From positions 98,561 to 162,560 of the forward strand of contig JAFCDZ010000001.1 in assembly GCA_017609405.1 (NCBI GenBank): 64,000 nt of DNA, given 5' to 3'. This document shows, piece after piece, positions 55,201 through 64,000 of the stretch (the stretch's first letter is position 1; the number at the start of each line of letters is the position of its first letter). Origin of the DNA: Candidatus Pacearchaeota archaeon. Its GTDB lineage: Archaea; Nanobdellota; Nanobdellia; Pacearchaeales; GW2011-AR1. Below the pieces are notes generated by a model, which saw only the letters and a program-made list of their open reading frames with translations, ran no database searches and was not told where the DNA came from. The position numbers and the translations under genes were made by a program.

Positions 55201-56398
55201 ACTCTAAAGCCTCCTTAATTATTTCTTCAGCTTTTTCAGTGATTTTATTGTTAATCGCTAATTTAATTTCCCTCATCCTTCCACCCCTTCCTTTTGAAAT
55301 AACACGAACATTAATAATACCAAGCATATCAAACTCTTGAATAATATCACTAACTCTTCTTTGAGTCAAAATGTCTGATTTATAAGTTCGGCATAAGTCC
55401 TGATAATAATTATAAACATCACCAGTAAAAATAGGTCCGTTTTTTTGTTTAACTAAATTAATAATAGAATAAAGAACTAATTGAAATTGTTTAGGTTCAG
55501 TTCTAATTACATCTAAAATTTTATCCCTTTCTATTTTTTGATTTGATTCATCAATATGCCTTAAAAGAACTTTTTTTGAACCTTCCCTCTCTGCTAATTC
55601 TCCAGCAATTCTTAATAAATCTAAAGCTCTTCGAGCATCACCATGTTCTCTTGCAGCATAAGCAGCACATTTCTCAATAACACCTTCGCTTAAAACATCT
55701 TTTTTAAATGCTTTTTCTGCCCTCATCTTTAAAATATCTTGGATCTGTAAAGCATTATAAGGTGGAAAAACCAATTCTTCTTCTGACAAAGAACTCCTAA
55801 CTCTTGGATCAAGATTATCTAAAAAAGTTAAATCATTACTTATCCCAACAATACTTATTTTTGTTTTAGATAATTCTGAATTTAAACGAGTTAGATTATA
55901 TAAAAAATCATCTGAAATTTTCTTAACAGCTTGGTCAATTTCATCAAAAATTAATACAATTATTTTTTTATTTTTATCAACTAAATCAACAAATCTTGTA
56001 TAAACAGATTCTGTTGGAAGTCCTGTATCAGGAACTTCACCACCCATTCTTCTAACTAATTCAGCTAAAATCCTATATTCAGTGTCTGAAATTTTCTTTA
56101 ATTTACAATTGATATATTCTATTTTTAAATCAAAAGATAAATTTTTAGACCTGCTCAAAATTTCTTGAGTAATGTATTTGATAGATAATGTTTTTCCAGT
56201 ACCTGTTTTACCATACAAAAATAAATTACTTGGTTTTTCACCTCTTAATAAAGGAGCTAAAATAGAGGCAATTTGTTTTATTTGTTCATCTCTATGATAA
56301 ATTTGTTTAGGTGTGTGATTTGGTTGTAAATAAGACTTATCTTCAAAGATCTCATTCTTTTCAAAATTACTGAATATCTTATCCAAATCTGTAACCAT
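55193..56398 (-). CDS. cdc6: Orc1/Cdc6 replication initiator
   Basis: AAA+ Walker A LYGKTGTGKT, Walker B IFDEID, and a C-terminal winged helix. Start set at MVTDLDKIF. Confidence 0.88.
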   Translation of the reverse strand: MVTDLDKIFSNFEKNEIFEDKSYLQPNHTPKQIYHRDEQIKQIASILAPLLRGEKPSNLFLYGKTGTGKTLSIKYITQEILSRSKNLSFDLKIEYINCKLKKISDTEYRILAELVRRMGGEVPDTGLPTESVYTRFVDLVDKNKKIIVLIFDEIDQAVKKISDDFLYNLTRLNSELSKTKISIVGISNDLTFLDNLDPRVRSSLSEEELVFPPYNALQIQDILKMRAEKAFKKDVLSEGVIEKCAAYAAREHGDARRALDLLRIAGELAEREGSKKVLLRHIDESNQKIERDKILDVIRTEPKQFQLVLYSIINLVKQKNGPIFTGDVYNYYQDLCRTYKSDILTQRRVSDIIQEFDMLGIINVRVISKGRGGRMREIKLAINNKITEKAEEIIKEALEYG

Positions 56399-56504
56399 TG
56401 TCTCTCCCACAGCTTTATTTCTTATGGAAATTTTTAGTTTAGTTAATTTTTCCAACGAAAAAAACAAAGTTTAGTATATAAAGAATTATAACTACTCAAA
56501 AAAA

Positions 56505-56528
56505 GAAACACCTTTTTTTCCTATGGAA
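56505..56528 (-). promoter_or_regulatory. ORB-like origin recognition box 1
   Basis: The minus strand reads TTCCATAGGAAAAAAAGGTGTTTC. The dyad TTCC-ATA-GGAA followed by an A-run and GGTG resembles the archaeal ORB consensus TTCCAGTGGAAACGAAAGGGG. Confidence 0.45.
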
Positions 56529-56968
56529 AAAAAAAGAAATTATGAAAAAATATTTTAATAAAAATCAATTTAAAAATTAAATATGAAAATAATAAAAAGT
56601 AATTCAAGATAATTTAAAAGAATATAATATAAAATAATTTATAATATATAATAAAAAATCTGGATTTAATTAGATATAAAAAATTAAAGATGTTATAAAT
56701 TTAGAATTAAAACATCTTTTTTATTTAAAAAAGTAATTAATAATATACCATGAAGATATAATTTTAATTCTTCAGTTATTTTTTCTTTTTTCAATTAAGG
56801 TAATTAATAATACCTAATAAAAATATTATATATACTATAATATTTGTAATTGCAAGTGTGGGTTATTTATTATCTTTATTAAATAAAAATATTATATATA
56901 TACTATAATATAATAAATTTTTTAAATAAAATAAAAAAATAAAAATTCCAAAATTTTCTTTTTAAACT

Positions 56969-56998
56969 TTTCTACACGAAATCAAGGGGTCAGAGGGT
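56969..56998 (+). promoter_or_regulatory. ORB-like origin recognition box 2
   Basis: TTTCTACACGAAATCAAGGGGTCAGAGGGT. Matches about 14 of 20 positions with box 1 and carries a G-string. It is inverted relative to box 1, about 440 bp away. Confidence 0.45.
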
Positions 56999-57238
56999 TT
57001 TATTTAAATTATTTTTACTTAGGATTTAAAATATCAATATAAAAATTCTCTTAATGATTCTTAATATTTAACTAAATAGCCTTAAAATAAAAACAATTTT
57101 TAATAATATATAAATAATTTTTTTAATAATTATGATTTAATTTAAATATATCCAAATAATTTATCTTTTAGTATCAATTCAACTAATATCTAAATTATTG
57201 TTTAATATCAAATAAAACCAAACATATAAATTAAAATT

Positions 57239-57997
57239 TTATTTTTTCTTTTTATTTTTCCAAACCCAAATACCTTTTTCTTTTTCAATATAATTTAATT
57301 TTTTTAAAAATTGTTTTGTTTTATCTTTCCATATTTCAATTATTATCTCAGGATGATTCTTTTTTATAAATTTTTCAGCTCCTTTTAGAACTTCATATTC
57401 AAAGCCTTCAACATCAATCTTTAAAATAGGATTTTTTTCTTTTTTTAAAATTTTATCTAAAGGTACAATTTTTATTTTTTCTTTTTCTTTTCCTACTTTA
57501 AATACTATAGAGGCTTCTCCTTGTTCATTGGGATCATATGATATCTCAATCTCTTTTTCTGAATCTCCAAGACCTATATTATATAAAAGAGGTTTTGAAT
57601 TATTTATTTTTGCATTTATTTTTAATTGATTAAAATTAGATTTTAGAGGTTCAAAAGATATTACCTTAAATTTTTTTCCTAATGGAACAGTATATTTTCC
57701 TATATTTGCTCCAATATCTATAAAAGTTATATCTTTTTTATTATTTAAAAAATTCCAAATTCTTGACTCATAAGAATTTAGACACATCCAAAAATCTATT
57801 GTTTTTTTTCTAGTCTTAAAAATACAATTTTTTACTTTTAAATTCATTTCAGGAAATTTTGAAATTGGATATTTAAATATATGTTTAGATATATAATAAA
57901 GAAAATAAGAATAAATAAATTTTATCTTAGTTCCAAAAGAATCTTCACTTTGTTTAATTACTTCGATTGGAGCTGAAAAAATTTTTTTAAATCTCAT
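57239..57997 (-). CDS. FkbM-family SAM-dependent methyltransferase
   Basis: FIDIGANIGKYTV motif and a 252-aa length typical of FkbM-family enzymes. Confidence 0.7.
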   Translation of the reverse strand: MRFKKIFSAPIEVIKQSEDSFGTKIKFIYSYFLYYISKHIFKYPISKFPEMNLKVKNCIFKTRKKTIDFWMCLNSYESRIWNFLNNKKDITFIDIGANIGKYTVPLGKKFKVISFEPLKSNFNQLKINAKINNSKPLLYNIGLGDSEKEIEISYDPNEQGEASIVFKVGKEKEKIKIVPLDKILKKEKNPILKIDVEGFEYEVLKGAEKFIKKNHPEIIIEIWKDKTKQFLKKLNYIEKEKGIWVWKNKKKK

Positions 57998-58087
57998 TAA
58001 TTTTTTAATTTTAATTTATTTAAATACTTAACTAAAAATAATTTTAAACTTTTTCAACAAGTTTTAGTTTTTAATAAATAATTCCTC

Positions 58088-58345
58088 TTAAATTAAATCT
58101 TCTTCAGAAACAATTACAAAATCCCCTATAGCAATAATAGCAGAATAAGGTATTAAATATTCATTTTCTTTTGTTTTTTCTAAATTAAGATTCTTAACAT
58201 AAGGTGTTGGGTCTTTTAAAACAATACTTATTAATTCACCTGTACTTGTTTCAAAAAGAACATCTTTAACATAACCAATTCTCCTTCCTTCTTTTGTAAC
58301 AATTAACTTACTTAATAAAGCATTAAATTGAATTTTATCAGCCAT
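58088..58345 (-). CDS. PRC-barrel domain protein
   Basis: LIVTKEGRRIGYVKDVLFETSTGELISIVLKD...IPYSAIIAIGDFVIVS. Second small PRC-barrel paralogue in the window. Confidence 0.7.
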   Translation of the reverse strand: MADKIQFNALLSKLIVTKEGRRIGYVKDVLFETSTGELISIVLKDPTPYVKNLNLEKTKENEYLIPYSAIIAIGDFVIVSEEDLI

Positions 58346-58890
58346 GTTTTTTATAAACCCTTCTTATTTATAAATTTATCTATATTTTAGGCTGTAAATT
58401 AAATATCACAAATTAAACATCACCTTTAAATAAGTTTTTATAATATTCTTTTAATATATTTATAGAGTAATGAGTTAAGAAAAATAAAAATCTAACAATA
58501 ATAAATTGGGATTGGTTTAATAAATATTTTAAAAACATAACTTTAATTTTTGGATTTATTTTTGCAATCTCAAAAATAGATATTTGGATTAATGGAATAG
58601 AAAAAAATATATCTTTAACTTCTATCTTACCATTTGTTAAGTCAATATATGAGGGTTTTTTAATGATTCTTTTAATTCTATTAATTGCTATAACATATAA
58701 TAATGAAACATAAATTTTTTGCTTATTTAGGTGACTTTAACCTTACAGTCTACTATATTTTAGACTTCATAAGAAATTAAAAACAAAAATTCATCAAAAT
58801 AATCAATTTAGCATATAAATTTCTTTAATAATTATCTTATATTTTTTTAATCACATAAATATTTAAAAACCTCTTTTATTAAATATTATC

Positions 58891-59322
58891 ATGAAACTCT
58901 TAGGACTTAACTATAAAAAAATTAGTGTAGAAAAATTGAAAGATAATGCTGAAAATATTAATATTTCATCAAGTATAAATGTTTCTGAAATTAATAAATA
59001 CAAAACAGACCTCTTTAAAACAAAAGAAGATCTTCTTGAGATTAAATTTAATTATTCAGTAAATTATGCTCCAGAAGTAGCTAAATTAGAAATAACAGGT
59101 TCAATGATTATTTCTGTTGAGCCAAAAGTTGCAAGAAATGTATTAAATAAATGGAAAGATAAAGAACTTGATGAAGATTTTAAACTCTCCCTTTTTAACT
59201 TAATAATCAGAAAAACAAGCATTATTTCTCTTGAATTAGAGGATGAAGTTAATATTCCTTATCATATACCATTACCGCGATTAAGGAAAAAAGAAACGTC
59301 TTCTGAGGGAAAAAGAGAATAA
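58891..59322 (+). CDS. hypothetical protein
   Basis: 143-aa ORF. Vague SecB-like pattern only, not enough for a call. Confidence 0.5.
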   Translation: MKLLGLNYKKISVEKLKDNAENINISSSINVSEINKYKTDLFKTKEDLLEIKFNYSVNYAPEVAKLEITGSMIISVEPKVARNVLNKWKDKELDEDFKLSLFNLIIRKTSIISLELEDEVNIPYHIPLPRLRKKETSSEGKRE

Positions 59323-59338
59323 TTTTAATTTTATTAAA

Positions 59339-60433
59339 ATGCCAATTGATTTGCGAACAAGAAAATTAGCACAGCTTGCAGTAAATTATTGTATAGATGT
59401 TAAGCCCGGTGAAAAAGTAATTATTTCTGGTAGCTCAGAAGCAATTGATTTTATGGTAGAATTATATAAAGCAGTTATTTTAGCTAAAGCGCATCCAATT
59501 GTTAGATTCCATCTTCCAAATACTTCTGTTTTCTTTTTTAAATATGCAACTAAAGAGCAATTAGAATTTTTTCCAGAATATTTTATGGAAACTTTAAAAT
59601 TTGCTGATAAATATATTGGCATTGATACTGAATTAAATACAAGAGAATTAACAAATATTGAATCTGAAAAAATTTCTATTAGGTCAAAAATTCTCAAACC
59701 AATTAAAGATTATATTGCAGATAATGATAAAAATATAATGAGGAGGGTTACAATTGCTTATCCTTGTCTTGCTTTTGCTCAAGAAGCTGAAATGAGTTTA
59801 GATGAGTATGAGAAATTTGTTTATTCTGCTTGTTTACAGGATTGGAAAAAACTTGGAAAACAAATAGAGAAAATAAGAAAAATTTTTGAAAATGGCTCAG
59901 AAGTTCATTTAATTGGAGAGGGGGTTGATTTGAAATTTTCAATAAACAGAAAAAATGCAGTTGCAGATAAAGGAGAGGAAAATATGCCTGGAGGTGAAGT
60001 TTTTATGGCTCCTGTTAGAGAAAGTTTAAATGGATGGATTAAATTTGATTATCCTGCAATTAGGGATGGTAAAGAAGTTACAGATATTTTTTTGAGGTTT
60101 AAAGATGGAAAAGTAATTGAGTTTTCTGCTTCTAAAAACCAAGATTTTTTAGAGAAAATGCTTAATACAGATGAAAATTCTTCTTATGTTGGAGAATTTG
60201 GGATTGGGTGCAATCCGAGAATAACTAAATTTACTAAAAACTTGTTATTTGATGAAAAAATTTCTGGGACAATCCATCTTGCTCTTGGAAGTGCATATAA
60301 AGAAAATGGTGGGGGAAATGATTCTGCAATTCATTGGGATATTGTAAAAGATATGCATAAAGCAAAAATTATTTTAGATGGAAAAGTTGTTCAAGAAAAT
60401 GGAAAGTGGAAGATTAGAGGCATTAAAATATAA
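59339..60433 (+). CDS. M29-family aminopeptidase (AmpS/PepS/aminopeptidase T-like)
   Basis: PGGEVFMAP, GEFGIGCNP and DEKISGTIHLALGSAY motifs. Confidence 0.8.
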   Translation: MPIDLRTRKLAQLAVNYCIDVKPGEKVIISGSSEAIDFMVELYKAVILAKAHPIVRFHLPNTSVFFFKYATKEQLEFFPEYFMETLKFADKYIGIDTELNTRELTNIESEKISIRSKILKPIKDYIADNDKNIMRRVTIAYPCLAFAQEAEMSLDEYEKFVYSACLQDWKKLGKQIEKIRKIFENGSEVHLIGEGVDLKFSINRKNAVADKGEENMPGGEVFMAPVRESLNGWIKFDYPAIRDGKEVTDIFLRFKDGKVIEFSASKNQDFLEKMLNTDENSSYVGEFGIGCNPRITKFTKNLLFDEKISGTIHLALGSAYKENGGGNDSAIHWDIVKDMHKAKIILDGKVVQENGKWKIRGIKI

Positions 60434-60588
60434 GACCCCAATCTTTCTTAATATTTTTTACTTTATTAAAAAATTTGATTTAGTTAAATTAAAGAACTTT
60501 AATTAAAATACTCTTTCTATAAATATTCTTTTATATAAAGCCTTTATTCACCAAAACATTATAAAGTATTAATATTATATAATATATT

Positions 60589-61158
60589 ATGAGGAGAGGG
60601 GTTTCAGATAAAAATATTCTTGAAAAATTTGCAGAAGATTTTTGTAAGATAGTTGAAAAACATGTAAAATATATTGTTTGCTCAGGTTTTGTTGCAATTG
60701 CACATGGAAGAAGCAGAAGTACAGAAGATATTGATATGATTATTGAAAAAATTCCTTTTGAGAAATTTTCAAAACTTCATGAAGAACTTGTAAAAAAAGG
60801 ATTTGAATGTATGCAATCTTCTGATGCTAAAAAAATTTTTTATGATTATTTAATAAATGGTGATAGTGTTAGATATACTCGTAAAGGAAAATTTCTTCCT
60901 GAAATGGAATTAAAATTTGCAAAAGATGAGCTTGATAATGAACAAATAAAAAACAGGACAAAATTACCTTTTACAAAATTAGATATTTTTTTCTCTTCTA
61001 TTGAATCAAATATTGCTTTTAAGGAAGAATTTCTTGGAAGTGAGAAAGATTTAGAAGATGCTGAACATTTAAGAATCATTTATGAAGGAGCGTTTGACGA
61101 AAAAATCATTAATGAAATTAAAGAAAAAATAAGAAAGAGGAAGAAAAATGAGAGATAA
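60589..61158 (+). CDS. putative nucleotidyltransferase-fold protein
   Basis: SGFVAIAHGRSRSTEDIDMII resembles the G-x-A-x3-G-x2-R-x-T-x-DID motif of minimal nucleotidyltransferases. Weak call. Confidence 0.4.
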   Translation: MRRGVSDKNILEKFAEDFCKIVEKHVKYIVCSGFVAIAHGRSRSTEDIDMIIEKIPFEKFSKLHEELVKKGFECMQSSDAKKIFYDYLINGDSVRYTRKGKFLPEMELKFAKDELDNEQIKNRTKLPFTKLDIFFSSIESNIAFKEEFLGSEKDLEDAEHLRIIYEGAFDEKIINEIKEKIRKRKKNER

Positions 61159-61336
61159 AACTCACTTAGAGCAAATTAGGAAATGGGCAAGTTATATTAA
61201 AAAGAGTGATGGTAAATGGAAGAAAGAATTTAATGAATTTATAAATAGCCAAATTATTATGGCTGAAAAAGCTCTTAAAAGATTAACTCCTGGAAAAAGA
61301 AGAAAAATACTTTTTAGAAAAAATAAAAAAAGTTAA
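61148..61336 (+). CDS. small basic hypothetical protein
   Basis: 62-aa ORF overlapping the upstream gene by 11 nt. Confidence 0.35.
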   Translation: MRDKTHLEQIRKWASYIKKSDGKWKKEFNEFINSQIIMAEKALKRLTPGKRRKILFRKNKKS

Positions 61337-61394
61337 TTTTTATAACCTCTTCTCTACCCATTAATTATATAAAACATTTTTTTCTTCTTTTTTT

Positions 61395-61682
61395 ATGAAA
61401 TTAAGCGAAGATAAAATTAAAAAAATATCAGAGCAAATAATAAATCTCCTTTATCTTAATGCACCAAAATCTCTTTTTACATCTCATATTGCAAAAGAGC
61501 TTGCAAGAGATGAAGAATTTATAAAAAAACTTCTTTTTGATCTAAAAAAGAAAGGGATTGTTGTTGAGGTTAAAAAAAATCCCAAAGGAAAGGAATATTT
61601 TAGGAGAAAACGCTGGAAACTAAGTGATAGAGTTTATAATTTAATTCTTTCAAGAGATAAAAACAGTAACATATCTTTCTAA
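61395..61682 (+). CDS. small winged-helix DNA-binding protein (putative)
   Basis: 95 aa. FTSHIAKELARDEEFIKKLLFDLKKKGIVVEVKK looks like a wHTH recognition helix plus wing. Confidence 0.5.
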   Translation: MKLSEDKIKKISEQIINLLYLNAPKSLFTSHIAKELARDEEFIKKLLFDLKKKGIVVEVKKNPKGKEYFRRKRWKLSDRVYNLILSRDKNSNISF

Positions 61683-61722
61683 TATCATAAATATTTTTAT
61701 AGTTCATACTATTTTATTTTAA

Positions 61723-62427
<705 letters not shown>

Positions 62428-62574
62428 AACCCATAATTCCCTTTTTTTATTAGTTATTCGTCTAAACGAATACTTATTTACCTCTTTCTTTCTCTTTTTT
62501 ATTTATCCATTTATTTAGACTCTTTTCTTTAATAAATAAATATCTTTTTTTTGATTTTTTAACCTCACTTTTTA

Positions 62575-63225
62575 TTATTCTTCCTCTTTTTCTTCTTTAT
62601 TCTCACTTTTTTCATCTTTTTTACCTAATTTTACTCTCACTTTTGCTGTTTTTAATAGTTTTTCTTTCATTTCTTCAGGTATATATACCCTTTTTTTACC
62701 ATTTTTTTCAATTTCTTCTACTATTAAACTCTCACTTTTACGTTTTATAGCATTAATTTGGCCCCTAATTGTGCTTTTTTCCTTTCCTAATAGCGCTGCT
62801 ATATCTCCATAGCTTAATTTCATATCAGAACTCAATAAAACCCATATAATCGCTCTTTCACTTAGTGAAAAATCAGATAATTTTGGTGTTTGAACACCTG
62901 TTTGAACACCTGTTTGGACAACTTCAACACCTGTTTGTTGTTTAAACACCTGTTTGGGTGTTTTAAACACCCTTTTTGTGTCTAAATTTCCAATTATTTG
63001 AATCATTCCTTTCAGATTTTCAATCTCTGATTTTATCGTCGATAAATCTTCTTCAATTTTTTCTATTTTTACATCCTTTAATTTTCTCTCAGAATTCAAG
63101 AAATTTATACGCTCTTCTAAGGTGTTGATATCTTTTTTTACTGCTTCAAAACTCTTTTTTGTTTCTTCTTTTATTTTTTCAACCTCTTTTGATCTAAACA
63201 ACCATCCAAACATTCTAATAATCAA
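62575..63225 (-). CDS. coiled-coil, repeat linker and C-terminal winged-helix protein (paralogue B)
   Basis: N-terminal heptads. Linker QQTGVEVVQTGVQTGVQTPK. C-terminal LSERAIIWVLLSSDMKLSYGDIAALLGKEKSTIRGQINAIKRK. Confidence 0.6.
   Translation of the reverse strand: MIIRMFGWLFRSKEVEKIKEETKKSFEAVKKDINTLEERINFLNSERKLKDVKIEKIEEDLSTIKSEIENLKGMIQIIGNLDTKRVFKTPKQVFKQQTGVEVVQTGVQTGVQTPKLSDFSLSERAIIWVLLSSDMKLSYGDIAALLGKEKSTIRGQINAIKRKSESLIVEEIEKNGKKRVYIPEEMKEKLLKTAKVRVKLGKKDEKSENKEEKEEE
62885..62972. repeat. AACACCTGTTT iteron cluster inside the CDS of paralogue B
   Basis: Full copies at 62893, 62905, 62926 and 62945, a partial AACACCC at 62966, and inverted half-sites GGTGTTT at 62885 and 62957. 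Confidence 0.85.
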
Positions 63226-63369
63226 TAGAAATCTTCATTTAAAAATCTTTTTATTTTCTTTTTTTAATTTTTATTTTATCGTCGGTATTTTTAATAATCT
63301 TATTTTATTAAATTTTATTATAAAAGTTATTAAAAATTTTAAGGCTGTTTAAAATTAAAATTTTCTAAT

Positions 63370-63419
63370 AAACACCTGTTTAAACACCTTTAAACACCTT
63401 AAACACCTGTTTAAACAGC
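63370..63419. promoter_or_regulatory. tandem AAACACC(TGTTT) iteron array in the divergent promoter region
   Basis: AAACACCTGTTT AAACACCTTT AAACACCTT AAACACCTGTTT AAACAGC, with periods of 12, 10, 9 and 12 nt. About 145 nt upstream of the start of 62575..63225. Confidence 0.8.
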
Positions 63420-63555
63420 TTTTTTTCATTTTTTACTCTAAAAGTCTTATTTTATTCACTTACCTAACCTTAGTATACAACCCCTCCCAAAAAATAAAAA
63501 TTGATTTTATTAAAAAATACACAAACTTTTTAAGATACTTTTTTATTATCTTTTT

Positions 63556-63831
63556 ATGAATATCGCATTGAGAAATTTATTATACAAAAATAAGAGATTT
63601 AAGAAAGAATTTTATCATGAAATAAGGCTTTTTGTTACTTTTACTTTTGGATTCACAATTGCTTTTACATGGAGGCAGACTTTTTTTGATATTTCTCAAT
63701 CTTTTGTAAACTTTTTATTTAATTTAAAAAATAATGCAACTTCTTCAGTTCTTGCTTCAATTTTTATAACCCTTTTAAGCATTTTTATAATATATCTAAC
63801 TTCTCATTACCTAAAAACAGCTTCTGATTGA
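63556..63831 (+). CDS. small membrane protein
   Basis: 91-aa ORF with two hydrophobic segments. Confidence 0.45.
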   Translation: MNIALRNLLYKNKRFKKEFYHEIRLFVTFTFGFTIAFTWRQTFFDISQSFVNFLFNLKNNATSSVLASIFITLLSIFIIYLTSHYLKTASD

Positions 63832-63929
63832 TCTTTTTTCTAATTTTCACTTAGCTAACCTTAATTAACAAGAGGTTGTTGTAGATGGCTCTACACCAAA
63901 TATTTAAAAAACATCTTTTTTAATAATTC

Positions 63930-64000
63930 ATGATGGCAGCAATAGGAGGCTATGGCACAACAGGAAGAGTAAGGGGTTCAAATGGTAGAAATGGAAGGAA
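63930..64000 (+). CDS. possible start of a Gly/Arg-rich ORF running off the window
   Basis: ATGATGGCAGCAATAGGAGGC... (MMAAIGGYGTTGRVRGSNGRNGR), open to the window end. Only 23 codons are visible. Confidence 0.25.
   Translation, partial: MMAAIGGYGTTGRVRGSNGRNGR

Larger units (their letters stand above)
56468..57238. other. probable chromosomal replication origin (oriC): extreme AT-rich region with ORB-like boxes and AT-rich direct repeats
   Basis: A 771-bp gene-free stretch next to cdc6-dp1-dp2 (Pyrococcus-like synteny). Direct repeats: AATAAAAATATTATATATACTATAATAT at 56816-56843 and 56882-56911, and GTAATTAATAATA(TA)CC at 56733-56749 and 56800-56814. Confidence 0.65.

Noticed and set aside
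63122-63352. 76-aa plus-strand ORF
   Set aside because: It is antisense to the 5' end of paralogue B and extends into an AT-rich promoter. The translation is low-complexity F/I/L/N.

Overview
AT-rich (about 30% GC by eye, not computed), gene-dense segment of an archaeal chromosome. The gene content looks DPANN-like: small proteins, many N-terminally anchored hypotheticals and almost no biosynthesis. Archaeal markers include the PolD subunits DP1 and DP2, Orc1/Cdc6, RadA, RPA, EndoQ, aIF2-alpha, Nop10, aEF-1beta, SRP54, Bud32, uS15 and an intron-containing tRNA-Gln.

Main blocks:
- 17.2-28.8 kb: an archaeal type IV pilus-like locus with a prepilin peptidase, 7 pilin-like genes with class III signal peptides, a FlaJ/TadC-like platform protein and a FlaI/PilB-like ATPase.
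- 50.2-57.2 kb: DP2, DP1 and Orc1/Cdc6, followed by a 770-bp extremely AT-rich region with two inverted ORB-like boxes. This is the probable replication origin.
- 57.2-64 kb: a more accessory-looking region. It holds a convergent pair of paralogous coiled-coil/winged-helix genes. Each carries short DNA iterons inside its own coding sequence, and one iteron family recurs in that gene's promoter. One of the genes also contains a (GACA)7 tract.

Other observations worth a second look:
- A bipartite motif, GAGTTAAT...RTTCAACA, is found only in intergenic regions and is oriented with the downstream gene.
- A GC-rich 161-bp insert sits between two 27-nt copies of the tRNA-Gln 3' end.
- A 66-bp tandem duplication includes the stop codon of aEF-1beta.
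- Several enzyme homologues have degenerate catalytic motifs (M50-like, HIT-like, receiver-like, tandem ThyX-like).
- One gene encodes an RmtB/ArmA-type 16S rRNA methyltransferase homologue.
- Several small ORFs are absent from the supplied track: Nop10, two MKRG mini-pilin-like ORFs and a DUF2784-like ORF with no canonical start.

I recognised no rRNA, CRISPR array, integrase or transposase.
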